Below are positions 49,239 through 61,567 of a stretch of DNA of 64,000 bases, in pieces. The first letter of the stretch is position 1. Each line of letters opens with the position of its first letter. The notes under the pieces are model-generated. The model did no database searches and was not told the DNA's origin. It was given only the letters and a program-made list of their open reading frames with translations. The DNA is taken from NCBI GenBank assembly GCA_014905635.1, contig CM026547.1, positions 930,001 through 994,000 of the forward strand. Direction: 5' to 3'. The position numbers and the translations under genes were made by a program. Source of the stretch: Scenedesmus sp. PABB004 (lineage: Eukaryota).

Positions 49239-49585
49239 GGGGCAACAACGGGGGGGGGGGGCACCGGCCTTGTGCAGCGAGATGCTTGTGCGGGGTGAAA
49301 CGGCCGCCGGCCGCTGCGGCTGGCTGAGGCCGGCAATGGTGTGACAGCATTCGGCGTCGGCACGCGCCGACGTAGCCGGGGCTAGAGAGTGCCGCCGAGG
49401 CGCGTGCGTGGCCCCCATTGGGCGCGTGTGACCGCTCGTGGTGGGGTCTGGTGCTGCCGGGCGCGGTTGGGAGTTGTTGGTGCACCGCTGCGGCGGTGCA
49501 AAACCGGGATCATTGCCCTCGCAGGGCTGGGCCGCCGCTGCAGGCAGTTATGTGGAGAGTGCCGTGCCGCTCGTTGCAGCGCGGT

Positions 49586-49590
49586 TGTAA
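49586..49590 (+). terminator. TGTAA poly(A) signal of the partial-CCT gene
   Basis: First plus-strand TGTAA after the stop at 49238; lies about 50 bp before the right IR arm. Confidence 0.6.
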
Positions 49591-49638
49591 CGCAGGCGCG
49601 GCCTGAACCCCTGCGCCGCCACACACGCCGCGCAGCGC

Positions 49639-50203
49639 GCGCGAGCGCGCCCGCCATGGTGCTGGGGGGCCACGCAGGCGCTGATGGCCGGGGCCGAGGC
49701 GGCCGCGGCGCCCGGGTGTGCGAGCGCGGGTGGCGCAGGAGGGGCGCGGCGGCGGTCTGAGTCGGCGTCGCGGGTCGGCGCTGGGCAGGCGCGCGCGGGT
49801 GCCCAGGGTCGGGGCTGAGCTGGCGGGCCCTGGCCCGCCAAACCACAGCCAGCGCGCGCCGCGGGCGCCGTCGTTGACACGTGTTCGGGTGCCGGGGCAC
49901 CTGGACGCACGCCTGCCGCTTGTCGGTGGCGCCGGCGGCCGCCGGCGCTGCCGCCTCGGCGCCAGCGCCCGCCGTCAGCCCACCGCCGCCGCTGGCGTGC
50001 GCAGCCCCGGCCGCGCTGCGCAGCAATCCCGAGCTCGCAGGCCGCGGCGTGTGAGCTGCCGGGCGTTCCGCCAGGCTGCGCGGGCGCCGCCGCTGGTCAG
50101 ACTGCAGCAGCAGTCCAACCGCTGGCGGTGCGGGGCTCGCTCGCGGCCGGCGCCGGCAGCAGTTGCACAGGCGCCGCCAGCCGCACACGCTCGCACCGCA
50201 GCA
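49639..50203 (-). repeat. Long inverted repeat, right arm
   Basis: Inverted copy of 47065-47631, including the CACCATGGCGGGCGCGCTCGCG start context. Confidence 0.95.
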
Positions 50204-50226
50204 AGTACGCAGCGCAGCCAGCGCGC

Positions 50227-53200
50227 TCAGTAGCCATCGCCATCCACCGGCACGACGGCGCGCTTCGACGGCGAGCGCCGCCCGCCGCCCCCGCCGACGT
50301 GCCGCCGCCGCAGCGCCTCGGCGGCGCCGCCCCCCAGCTGGCCTCGCCGCCGCCGGCCGAGCCTTGCGCCCGGCCGGCGAAGCCCCGCGGCGGCCCGAAA
50401 GGCTGCTCCACGGACGCGCGCGGGCTGAACAGCCGCTCGCTGTCTGCGCCGAGCCGCGCGCGCGCGCTGAGCGGCGCGAGCGGCGCGAGCGGCGGCGCCA
50501 GTGGCGGCCGCAGCACTGGGCGGCGCGGCGCGGAGAAGCTGAGCGCGCCGCTGATGGAGTCGATGAAGCTCTTGCCGCTGCGCTCCGCCAGCAGGCGCTC
50601 CTGCGGGCGGCGCGGGGGGCGGCCAGCGCTGCGCAGCCCGGCCAGCGGTGCGCGTGCAGCTGGCAGGCGCGGGCGCGGAGCCCACCGCCGTCCCCCGCCG
50701 CCGTGCCCAACGCGCGCCTGCTTGACCACGCTCCAGGTCGCCGCGACCATGCCCTCCACGTCCATGTCCGGCGGCAGCTGCGCGAGCAGCTCCGCGCAGC
50801 GCCGGCTCTCCTTGGAGATGTGCTTGAGGAAGGGCCGCAGCATCAGGACCAGGAACGCCGTGCCCGCCACGAGCTGCGCGCGCGGCCGCGGTGGGCGCGG
50901 TGGGCGCGCGCGCCGGCGGGGCCGGCGTGCGCAGCGAGCCTGCGTGCTGGCATGCTGGTGCAGCGCCCCGGCGCCGGTGCCGGCGCCGGCGCCGCGCCGT
51001 GCCGCCACGCACCATGACGGCGACCAGCACGACGTGCGTCGTGCGCTGCGCGCCAAATGCGGCGCGCGCCTCGTCGCCGTACATCGTGCTCAGGCGGGAG
51101 AGGCCGTCGTGCAGGTCCTCCCACGCGACGCCCCAGACAAACTGGAACCTGCGGCGGCGCGGCGGCGGCGTGGGCGAGCTGAGCGGGCCGCCGGCCACGC
51201 CGCGCGGCGCGGCGCGGCGCGCCGGGCCCGTCCCGCCCCGCCGGGGCGCGCGCACTGGTCGCGGTCGGGCGTGATGTCGGCCGCCGGCTCCACCGCCATG
51301 ACTACCGCCTCGCTCACGAGGCGCTGCACCATCGGGTCGACGCCGTGGCGCGAGACGTCAAAGTAGCGGCTGCCCTCGGCGTGGCACCCCGAGCCGTCGT
51401 AGCGCAGGCAGTCGCTGGTCGTGAAGAGCAGCCGCTTGTGCCTGCGCGGCGCCGCCGGCGGCGGGGCGGCGGCGGGGCGCGTGTGACGCGGCCGCCGACG
51501 CGTGCGGCTCCCGGACGGCGGGCCAGCGCGTACGCCGTCCTCGCGCGCGCGCACGTCTCCGAGGTGAAGAGGCTGCCGTGGCCCTCGTCGGGCGTGCTGC
51601 CGCCGTAGACGTTGGCAAAGTAGACCTCCTGCAGCCGGGCCGCCTCGTCGTGCAGCGCGCCCTGCAGCGCGGCGCGCTTGGCGGCGTCCTGCGCGGGGGG
51701 CGGCCGGCGGCTGAGCGCGCGCGCGCGCGCGCGCGCGCGCGCGCGCGCGGCGCGGCGCTGCGCGGCTCCCAGCGGCGCGCGCGCACCGGCTCCAGCGCGG
51801 CGCGGGTGGCGTGGTAGGTGACCCGGCTGGCCTGCGCGGTGCTGAGGTGGCTGAGCTTGACCGACAGGAGGCCCTCGTCGATGCGGCCGAGCGCCTGGAA
51901 GCTCAGGCCGTAGAGCAGGACCACGACCGCGCCCCACAGCGCAAACGGCCACGCGAGCTGGTACGCGGAGCGCGCGCTCGTGGCGAGCTGCTTGCCGTTG
52001 AACAGCCGCGCCCGGTCGGCCGTGCCAAACGTGCTGCCGCCGCCGCCGCCAAAGGAGCACGGGCCGAGTGACTCGAACCCCTGAGCGCCGCGGTGCGGCC
52101 CGGATCGGACTGGGGCGGGGTGGGCGCGGCGGCGCGGCGGCGCGGCTCGGCCGGGCGGCGGCCCCGCCAGCCGTTTGCGCACCTTGTTGCCGCCGCGGCT
52201 GCTGGCGCTGCCGCCCTGCGCGGTGACAAACACCGCCGCGTCGCCGTTGAGGGTGCCCTCGAGCACAAAGCTCGCTCGGCGCTGCTGCCGCCCCGACGCG
52301 GAGCCGGCGGCCGCGCCCTCGGCGCCGCCGCCGCCGGACGCCGACGGCTGCGGCGCGTCGGCGTCGGCGCTGGCGTCGCCGCGCTCGCGGCGCTTGCGCT
52401 TCATCTTGGCCTCCTGCGCCGCCTGCAGCGCCTTGTCGCCCTCTGCGGCCGCCGCCGGCGGCGCGGGTGGTCGGGGCGGGCCGAGGCGGCGCGCGCCGCG
52501 GCGGCGCCCCGTGAGCGCGCCCGCGCGCGCGCGCGCACCGTCCTCCTCGTCCGAGCCCTCGTCGTCGATGCTCGCGCTCTTGCCCGCCAGCGCACGCAGG
52601 TAGCCGTGGGGGATGGCCAGGAAGACGCTGAAGAGCGCCTGGCGGTGCACGCTGATGCTGCCCAGCAGCCGCGTCACGAGCGCGACCGCGCCAAACGTGA
52701 TGGCCACGCCCTCGATCAGCAGCAGCGCCAGCACCACCGCACGCAGCGTCGCGATGCCGCGCTGCGCGCGCAGCGTCTGCGCGGCGCGCGGCGGCGGGCC
52801 GTCTGCGCGCGCGCGTGCGCGCGCGCGGGCGCGCGCGCGCCCCTGGCCTGCTCGCCGCCCCGCGCCAGCAGCTAGCGGCGCCGTGGCGCCGGCCGCGTCG
52901 GGGCCGCGGCGCACCATGAGGTCGAGGCTCTTGAGGTAGGCCTGGTGCAGCACGGTCGGCGCGTTGGCCTGCAGGAAGAGCCACTGCCGGTTGGCCGCGA
53001 GCGGGCCGCCGTGCGCCTGCTCGCCGTCGGGGTGCAGCGCCGCGTACTCGACGTCGCGCGCCGCGGAGGCGAGCAGGCCGCCCAGGTTGAACAGCGTCGT
53101 GTTGGACGCCGAGGCGCGCTGCGGCGCGGTCGCGTCGTCAAAGACGGTCGCCACGGTGTCCTCGGCGTTCCACAGCGCGTGCAGCGCGGGCGTGTCGAGC

Positions 53201-56200
53201 GCGCGCAGGCCGCCAAAGCCGAGGTACAGGCCCAGGTGCAGCGCCTCGTACCTGCGCGCGCCGCGGGCGGGCGGGCGGGCGCTGGGCAGGGCAGGGGCGC
53301 GCCGCGGCCGGCGGCGCCTCGCGCTCTCTCTCTTGCTCGCGCGCGCGCACGCCGCGCGCACCGGCTGCTGGCGGCGGCCAGCTCCGCCGCATACTTGGGC
53401 GTGTCGGCGGGCGCAAAGCCGTGGCCGCGCTGCGCCGCATCGAGCACCAGCCCGAGCGTGGCGGTGCGGTGCAGCGCGTCGAGCACCTCGCCCGCCGCGC
53501 CGAGCTCCGTGACGCGCGCCGCCTGGGTGGTGATGAAGGCGATGATCGCGCCAAAGCTGCCCAGGTGCAGCACCAGCACCGCCGCGGCGAGCAGGATGAC
53601 CTTGGAGCGGAAGCCCACCACGACCGCGAGCGCCGCGGGGCTGCTCAGCAGGCGCGTGAGCTTGCGCAGGCGCTTGCCGCGCGAGAAGTCGCCCGATGCG
53701 CTGCCGTCGACGCTCGCGCTCGTCTCGCTGGCCGCGCCGCCGCCGTCGTCAGCCGCCGCGGGCGCGTCGCCGTCGTCGTCGCTGCCGGGCGGGGCACCGC
53801 GCGGGCCGTGCGCGAGCTGCAGCGGCGCGTCCGGGTCGTCCACCGCGCCGGGCAGCACGCCGCCATCATCGCCCTGCGCGGGCGGGCGTGCGCGCGCGCG
53901 GGGTCAGCGCCAGCGAAGCCCCTCGGTCGCGCCGCCTGAGCCAGCCGAGTACAGCCGAGCCGGTCGTCCGCGCACCGAGCCGGAGCCGTCGGCGTCATCC
54001 ATCCACTCCGACGCCCTGAGCGCGCCCGCGCCGCCGCGCGCGCGAAAGCCCATGCGCTGCGCGCGCGGTGACGCGCCGTCGCCGTCCTCCGAGCCGCGCC
54101 CCGTCGGCGAGCGCGCCAGTTCCGGCGCGCCGCGGTGCCTGCCGCGCGCCGTGGCGCCGCCATCGTCCGCCTCGACGTCCAGGTTGACCAGGCGTGCGGT
54201 GGCGAGGGTGCTGTCCGGCGCGCCGCTGCGCGCCGTTTCGCGGTGCGTGTTGGCGCCCAGCAGCCCCTCCGCACCGCTCGCCGGGCCGACCTGGCACGGC
54301 AGGCAGGGGCATCGCGTCGGCCAGCTGCCGCTTCGAGCGCCGCTCGCGCCGCTGGCGCAAACGCGCCCCGCTGCCACGCACCTTGTGCATGGCCAGCGCT
54401 GGCACGCCGCCGCCGCCGCCGCCGGCTGGGGTGCTGGCCAGCTCGCCCGCGCCGCCGAGCCCGCCGGCCGCGTCGCCGGCCCCCCAGGCGGCGTCGCCGA
54501 GGCCCGCTGCCTCGGCTGCGACGAGCGCGGCGAGCAGGCCGGGCGCGCCGGTGAGGGGCTTGATGACCTTGAGGCTCAGCACCAGGCGCGTGGCGTCGTG
54601 CGTCCCGTCCCTGAGAGTGGCCTGGCGCGGCGCGGCGCGCGGCCGGGTGGCGGCCACGCGGCGTCGGCGCGCCGCGGCGCGACCCGCCCGCCGCGCCGCC
54701 GCGCGGCGCCCCGCCGCGGCGTGGCCCGCGCCGCGCCTCCAGCCGCTCAGGGCGCGCACCTGCACTTGCACCTGCACCGGCCGCTGGTCGGCGTGGCGCC
54801 CGCTGGCCTCGATGCGTGGGCCGACGCGCGCGCGGCTGGTCTTGAGCAGGCCGCCGCGCTTGGCGCCCTTGCTGGCCATGAGGCCCTCCAGCTGGCCCCG
54901 GCCAGGCAGGCGCAGCCACCTGGGCGGCGGGGCGGCAGGTTTGGCCCAGCACGTGCGGGGGGCCGGCGCGGTGCCGGCGCACGGCCGCCACTGGCGGCCG
55001 CCACCAGCCGGGCGGCCGCGCGGCTCATTGAGCCCCGCCCCGCGGCGCGCCCTGCTCACTTCTGCAGGCTGGTGCTGACCATGGAGGCACGCGGCACACC
55101 GAAGAGCAGCCCCACGCTCGGCTCGACCCGCACGAGGTGGCAGCCCTCCTCCACCTCCGCCACGGCGAGCAGCAGGTCGGCGCGCCAGAGCTCCACCACG
55201 AGCGCAGACTCGGCGCCGCTCGCCGCCAGCGCGGCCTCCGGGACGCACTCCTTGCTCGGCACGCCCACCTGCGGCGGGCGGGCGCGGCGGTGGGGGGGGG
55301 GGGCGTGGCTCGCACAGCGGGCGCGCAGCCACGCCCTCGTCGCGCAGCCCGCCCCACCGTCATGACGGCGGGCTTGAGCCGGCTGCGCCTGGACTTTTGG
55401 CGCATGAAGTGGCTCCGCCCGGCCCCCGCCGTCGCGGCCGCCGCGGCGTCGGCCGCGCCCTCGGCCGCCGCCGTGCCCACGCCCACGCGCCAGGACGCGC
55501 CCGGCCGCTCAGTGCTGCAGCTGAGCAGCGCCGTGAGCGCCGCCGCCATGTCGACGTCCGCCGCGCCTGCGGCGGCGGGGCGGGCGCGAGTGGCGCGCCA
55601 GGCCCGACCTGCCCGCTGGCTGCGCCGGGTCCGCCCAGCCGGCTGCCGCCGACCCGTGTGGCCCCGCCCACCCGCCCGCCTGCCCGCGGGTGCAGCCCAC
55701 CGTGCAGGTAGTCTGCAAACACGTCCACCACCGACGCCAGCTCCGCGCCGACGAGCTCGGCCGGCTCCATGCCAAAGAGCGCCGCCGGCGACGCGCCGTC
55801 GGCCCACAGGATGCGGCCGTCCGCGCCCGCCAGCAGCAGCAGGCGGCGCTCCGCCACCAGCTGCTCCCTGCTGCTGCGCTCGACCTTGACCGCCCAGGTG
55901 ACGTCCGCCGCCCCGCCGCCGCCGGCGCTCGCCGGGCCGCCCGGCGCCGGCGCGCCGCTGTGGAGCGTCACGGTGGCCTTGACAAAGACGGGCGTCCCGT
56001 TGGAGGAGAGCATGACGCTGCTGGTGCCGCTGCGGCAGCTCACGGGCGGCGGCTTGTCCGCGACCGTGCTCTCGGCCTCCTGAGGCGGCGGCGGCGGCGC
56101 GAGCGCGGTCGCGCGCGCTCTAGCCCCGGGGCCCCGCCGGCGGCGCCTCTCCCCTGTGCACCGCGCCCGCGCCCGCCCGCCGCGCGGGCGCACCTTGACC

Positions 56201-59200
56201 CACTTGCCGTGCAGCGCGCCGTACGGCGGCGGCAGCAGCTGCCCGATCTCCTTGGCGCGCAGCTCCTTGAGCGTAAAGCCCAGCATGCTCGCGAGCGGCG
56301 TGTTGGCGTAGACCGCGCGGCCGCGCCGGTCGAACGCCGCCATGGGCTGCGCGTCGGACAGGCGGCGCATGACGGCCACGATGATGCGCTGGTCCTCCGT
56401 GCCTGCGCGGCAGGCGGGCCGGCGGCAGCGGTGGCGGCGCTCCGCTCTGCAGCCGGGGGGCCGCGCGCAGCCGGCCACCGCCTGGTGGCCGGCTGCGCAG
56501 CATGCTGCGGCGCTCACCGCCCATCTCAAACTTGATGTGCACCGGCACCGCGTCGGCGTACTTGTGCCGTATGCTGGTGGTCGCCTGCACCGCGCCCGCG
56601 GCGAGCTGCTCCTCGTTGAAGCGCGCACACTGCGCGATCAGGCTGCGTGCCCGGGGCGCGGCCGCGGCGGCGGGCGGTCAGCCGCGCCGGCGGGCGCCGG
56701 GGCGGCGAGCGCAGCCGAGCCTCGGCGCGGCGGCCGCCCACCCCTCGAGCTCGCCGGCGTCGGCGCCGAGGCTGCCAAAGGGCCGGCCGATAAGCTCCTC
56801 GGGCGCCCAGCCCGCATAGTCCAGGAAGCTCTGGTCCACGCACAGCACCGTGCCGCTGGTCAGCAGCCACGCGTTGATCACGTCCGCGCGCGGCGGCTTG
56901 GCCTGCGCGCGGCGACCCGGCGCTGAGCCCGCTCAGCGGCGCGCGGCGGCAGCAGCCGCTGGGCTGCGGCCGCCTCAAGGCTGCTGCCACGCGCCGCGCC
57001 GCGCGCTGTTGTCGCCGCCTGCCGCGCTGCCGCCGCTGCGGCGCGCGCCTTGCAGAGGCCCATGAAGACCGCGTCGGCGCCCGCGCCGCTCACGCGGCTG
57101 ACCGTCAGCGACAGCGGGAACACGTAGCGCTCCTTGTGCAGCGCGACGACCTGCGTGCGCGGGCGCGCACACAGCGGCGGCGGCGGCGGCCCCGGCTCGG
57201 CGCCGGCGCGCGGGCGGCGGCCCTTGTCTGCGCGCGCCGGCGCTGCCGCGCTGCTCGCTGTCGCTGCCGCCCCCTGCCGCCCCCAGCCGCCGCGCGCGCG
57301 CCTCGCGCGTGCTGTCCAGGATCTTGGCCTTGCCGGAGGCGAGGAAGTTGCGCAGGTAGCCCGCGTGCCGCGTGCTGAAGGGCGCGGGCATGAGGCACGC
57401 CACGTTCTTGCCCTCCAGCTCGCCCTTGCGGTACCTGCGGCGGGGGGCGGTGAGAAGCGCGCAGGGGCGGCATGCGTGCAGGCGGCGCGGGCACAGGGCG
57501 CGGCGCACGCGCCACGACGTGCTGTGCGCGCCGCGCACCCGAACATGGCGCAGACGGCCTTGTTGGCGCTCTGGATGGTGCCCTGGGCGTTGATGACGAT
57601 GATGGCGTTCTTCTCACCCACCGCGCTCACCGCGCCGTCGCCCAGCTGCGGCGCGCACGCCACGCGTGCGTTGAGCCAGCGGCCCCGTCGCGGCGCCTCG
57701 CCCCGCGCGTGTGCCCGCGCGCCCGCACCTCTGCCTCCTCCGCCGCCGCCTCGGCCAGCTCCTCCTGCTTCTCCGCCTCGGCGTAGAACCGCGACGCCGC
57801 CCAGGGGTCGTTCTGCGGCGGGGCGGCGGCGCGTGGTGGGGTCTCCCTCGCAATCCGCGCGGCCGGGCGGTCGCGCGCGTGCCGTCTCGCGGCGCCGCTG
57901 CCCGTTGCAGCGTGGGGCAGCCCCTGGCGGCCCGCCGCCGCACCTTGACGTTCTCCAGGAACTTGCCGTAGCTCTTCAGCAGCTTGGCGTTGGTGGGGTA
58001 CCGCTCCAGCACCAGCCTGCGACGCGGCGGCGGCGGCGCGCGCTGGTCAGCCGACCCCGCGCCGGCGCGGCGCGGCGCCGGCTGCCCGGCGCGTGCCACG
58101 CAGACCCAGGCCGCTGCCCGCGCGGCGCGGGCGCGCACTTGTAGGTCTTGGTCGCGGTGGACTCCATCTCGTCCATGCGCTTGAAGGCCAGCCCCAGGCG
58201 CTCGAGCGGGACGTCGTCGCGCGTGAGCAGGCGCCAGAAGTCGCGCGTCGCGACGAGGCTGGCCTTGTGGTACACCATGATCGCCCTGCGCCGCGCGGCG
58301 CGCACACAGCGCACGCGTGGGCGGGCGAGCGCGGGCCCTGGCCGCCGCCGGCGGCCAGCCCAGCCCGCCCGCCGCCTGCGCTGCGCAGCAGGGCTGGCGC
58401 GACGCCCGGCCCCGCCCGCCCGGGCCCAGCGCGGCGCGGCGAGCGCACCGGTAGTTCTTCTGCAGCTCCACGTAGCTCACCAGGTCCACGCTGCCCTCGC
58501 CGCTCGTCGCGCTCTTCTGCTTGTGCTCCTGCGCGCGCGCAAAGATGCTGAACTGGTAGGACAGGTTGGGGTCGAGCGCCTTGGCGGCCTCGAGGTGGCT
58601 CCAGCCCAGCTGGGCGTTGTGCCGCACGTCGATGAGGAAGTTGGAGTAGACGATGTGCAGGAACACGCTGCCCGGCTGCATCGCGGTGCCCGCCTGCGCG
58701 GCGGCGGCGGCGGCGGCGAGCGTGCGGCCGCGCTCGGGGGCGGGCGCGCCGGCGAGCGCCGCGCCGCGGCGCGCCAGGCCGCCGCGCGCGCGCCCGCGCG
58801 CCGACCGCCTGCGCCCGCCCCGACCACGCGCCGCGCCGCGCCTTGAGCACGTTCTCCGCGAGGTCCAGCGCCGTGGCGTCGAGGCCGCCCTCCTCGTCCC
58901 ACACGCGCCCGACGCGGCTGGCGACCTCGACGTCAAACTCGGTGGCAAAGCGGTGGATGCTGCTCGGCCGCACGCCCGGTGACAGGCGGCGGAACTTGAG
59001 CGCCACGCGCCACCCGTGCACGAGCCGCGCCCAGCAGACGCCGCCGCCGAGCGCAAACGCGACCGGCACGCCGACCGCCATGACCTGCGGCGCGGCCGGC
59101 GGCCGCGCGTGCGCGCGTGCGGCCGCGCGTGCGCGCGTGCGTGCGAGCGCGCGCCCCCCGCCGCCGGCGCCGCGCAGCCCTTGCCGCGCGCGCGCACGAT

Positions 59201-61090
59201 GGTGAGGCGGTTGCGGTACGCGTCCTCGTGCCACACCGGGTGCCCGTGGTCCCACGCCCAGTCGACGGTCCAGGTCAGCACCGTGACCATCAGCGCGACC
59301 CACGCGAGCACCGCGTTGAGGCCGCCGCGCAGGACGTTGATCCAGGGCGTGTAGTGCGGCACCTGCGCGCAGCGACCGGCGCACCGCGGCGCGCGGTCTG
59401 GGCGCAGCCAACGGCGGCGCTCCCCGCGCGCGCTGGCGCACGCGGCCGAGCGTGCGTGCTGCGCGTGCTGCGCGTGCGTGCTGCGCGTGCTGCTGCTGCG
59501 CGCACCATGCGGGCGTGGTAGTAGAACAGCAGCCCGCAGGCGCAGCAGTAGGCCACGACCTGCGCGCCGGCGGGCACACGCGCGCCGGCAGCAGCGGCGG
59601 CGGCGCCCGCGGCTGAGCAGCCACAGCTGCGCGCCGCCGCGCGCGCAGCCGCGCGCGCGCAGCCACCGGCGCGCCTGCACATGGGGCAGCGGCTTGAGGA
59701 GGATGTCGGCGATGGTGATGACCGTCTTGCACAGCAGCGCGCGCAGCTCGCACATGCTGTGCGGCGCGGCGAGCAGGCTGCGCGACATCGGCTCGAGCTC
59801 GTGGTCCCCCAGCACGAGCAGCAGCGCGACGACGAAGAACACCACGCCGCTGGTCAGGCTGAACGCCGCGTGCACGACGTGCGGGAAGCTCAGGCAGTCT
59901 GGGGCGGCGCGGCGCGGCCGGTGCACGCGCGCGCGCGTCGGCGGTGCGCCGACCGCCGGCTGGGCCGCTCCCGCGCACCGCGTCGCCCGCCGCCCGCCGC
60001 TCCGCGTGCCCGCGCGGGGCGAAGCGCACCGAGGTGGAAGACCAGGTGCATCCAGCGCCCCTCCTCCTTCCTGCAGGCGCAGGCCATGAGGAATACGTTG
60101 AGCGAGGCGATGTAGAACATGCTCACAAACAGGCTGACCACGACGCGCGCGACCTTGATGGGCCAGAGGAAGGGGAAGCTGTCGTTCATGAAGCACCACC
60201 CCACCCACGCGCAGATCGCGACGCTGAGGAAGAGCACGCCCACGAGGATGTAGAAGATGACCAGGTAGAAGGTGTAGCCCTGCGCGCGTGCCCCCGGCGC
60301 GGCGCGCGCGGCGCGGCGCGGGGGTGTTTCTGCGGTGCGGCGGGCGCGGCGCGCGGCGGCCGGCGCGGCGGCGGCGGCGGCCGCGGCGGCGCACCGCGTT
60401 GGCGATGGGCAGGTGGATCTGGATGTAGTAGAAGACCTTGAACACCCTGCGGGCGCGCGCACGGGGGGGGGGGGGGGGCTGACGTCGTCACGGGGCGCCG
60501 CGGGGCCGGCCGGCAGCCCGGCGCGCCCGCGCGCCGGCGCCGCCGAGCCCGCCCGTTCCCTCCCTCTCCTTGTGGCGTACGCACGCACACCCACGCCACA
60601 CCCCCCACACCCACACACCCCCACGCGCGCGCGCACCAGAGGTTGGGGTCGGTCTTCCAGGGATACTCGGGCATGAGGAGGAGCGTGAAGATCATGAGGA
60701 AGTCGACCCAGATCGCGAGCATCGCGACGTTGGCGCTGTCATTGATCTTCTCCTTGGCGAGCGTGTAGAGCGCGCCGAACAGCGCCGTCAGCAGGCTCTG
60801 CCCCTGCGCGTCCAGGCCACCCTGCTCCTTGTCCGCGTCGGACGCGTGCCTGCGCCGGGCGCCGGCGAGCGCGCGCGAGCGCGTGAGCGCGGCCCGCCGG
60901 TGGCTGCTGCGGCCATGCCGCCGGGGCCGTGCCGGGCACCGATCCACCTCCGGGCGCCGTGCGGCGCCTGCGCTGGCGCGCGCGCACGGCGGCAGCAGCG
61001 CGCGGCGCACTTGGTGCCGCCGCCGCCGGAGCGGCCGCTGAATGCCGACCCGGCGCTGGAGTTGGAGCTGAAGCTCGACTGGCGCTCCAT
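50227..61090 (-). CDS. Large multi-pass membrane protein with TPR-like region and several PAS domains (TmcB/TmcC 'tiny macrocysts'-like), roughly 30 exons
   Basis: N-terminal TM bundle (LFGALYTLAKEK, FPFLWPIKVAR); TPR-like HIVYSNFLIDVR...NLSYQFSIFARAQEHKQ and VLERYPTNAKLLKSYGKFLE; PAS IIVINAQGTIQSANKAVCAMFG|YRKGELEGKNVACLMPAPFSTRHAGYL plus further PAS units; DFSRGKRLRKL; C-terminal TM and ESRRCAELLAQLP. The stop is at 50227 if a 1-nt deletion near 50330 is assumed, otherwise 50097. Confidence 0.85.
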
Positions 61091-61567
61091 GGCGCGGGCG
61101 CTGCGAGGGCCTCAGGCCACGTGGGGGCCGGGGGGCGCGGTTGACCGCCGGAGCAGTAGATGGCCCCCGCTCCTCGCGCCACCGCGACGCCGCAGCGCCT
61201 CAGCGTCGCCGGCCGATCGCTGGCGTCAGCGGCACCGCAGCAGCAGCCGCTGGCGCGGGGAGGCGCGAGGCGAGGGCATCGCGCGCGAAGGGCCCCCGTG
61301 CGTCGCGGGCGCCTCACGCGCCCGAGTGAGGCGGGCGCGCCGCGCCGCGGCTGTCCGGACAGGTCTGCGGAGCGCGTTCGATCGCAGCGATGGGGTGGGG
61401 ATCGGCCTGGCTGACGCGCCGCGGCGGCGCCGTCGACGTCGGCGGCGTGGCTTTGCGCAGCCGCGACGCATGCGTCGCGCGGCGGCACGAAATGCTTTAC
61501 AGGCGGTCCAGCTGCGCTGCCCTCTGCGATGCGTGCGGATCCCGGCAACTGCAACTCTCAGCGGTCC

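Noticed and set aside
47065..50203. Autonomous DNA transposon
   Set aside because: No transposase in the spacer, no matching target-site duplication at the arm ends, and the outer ends are the least conserved part, unlike functional TIRs.
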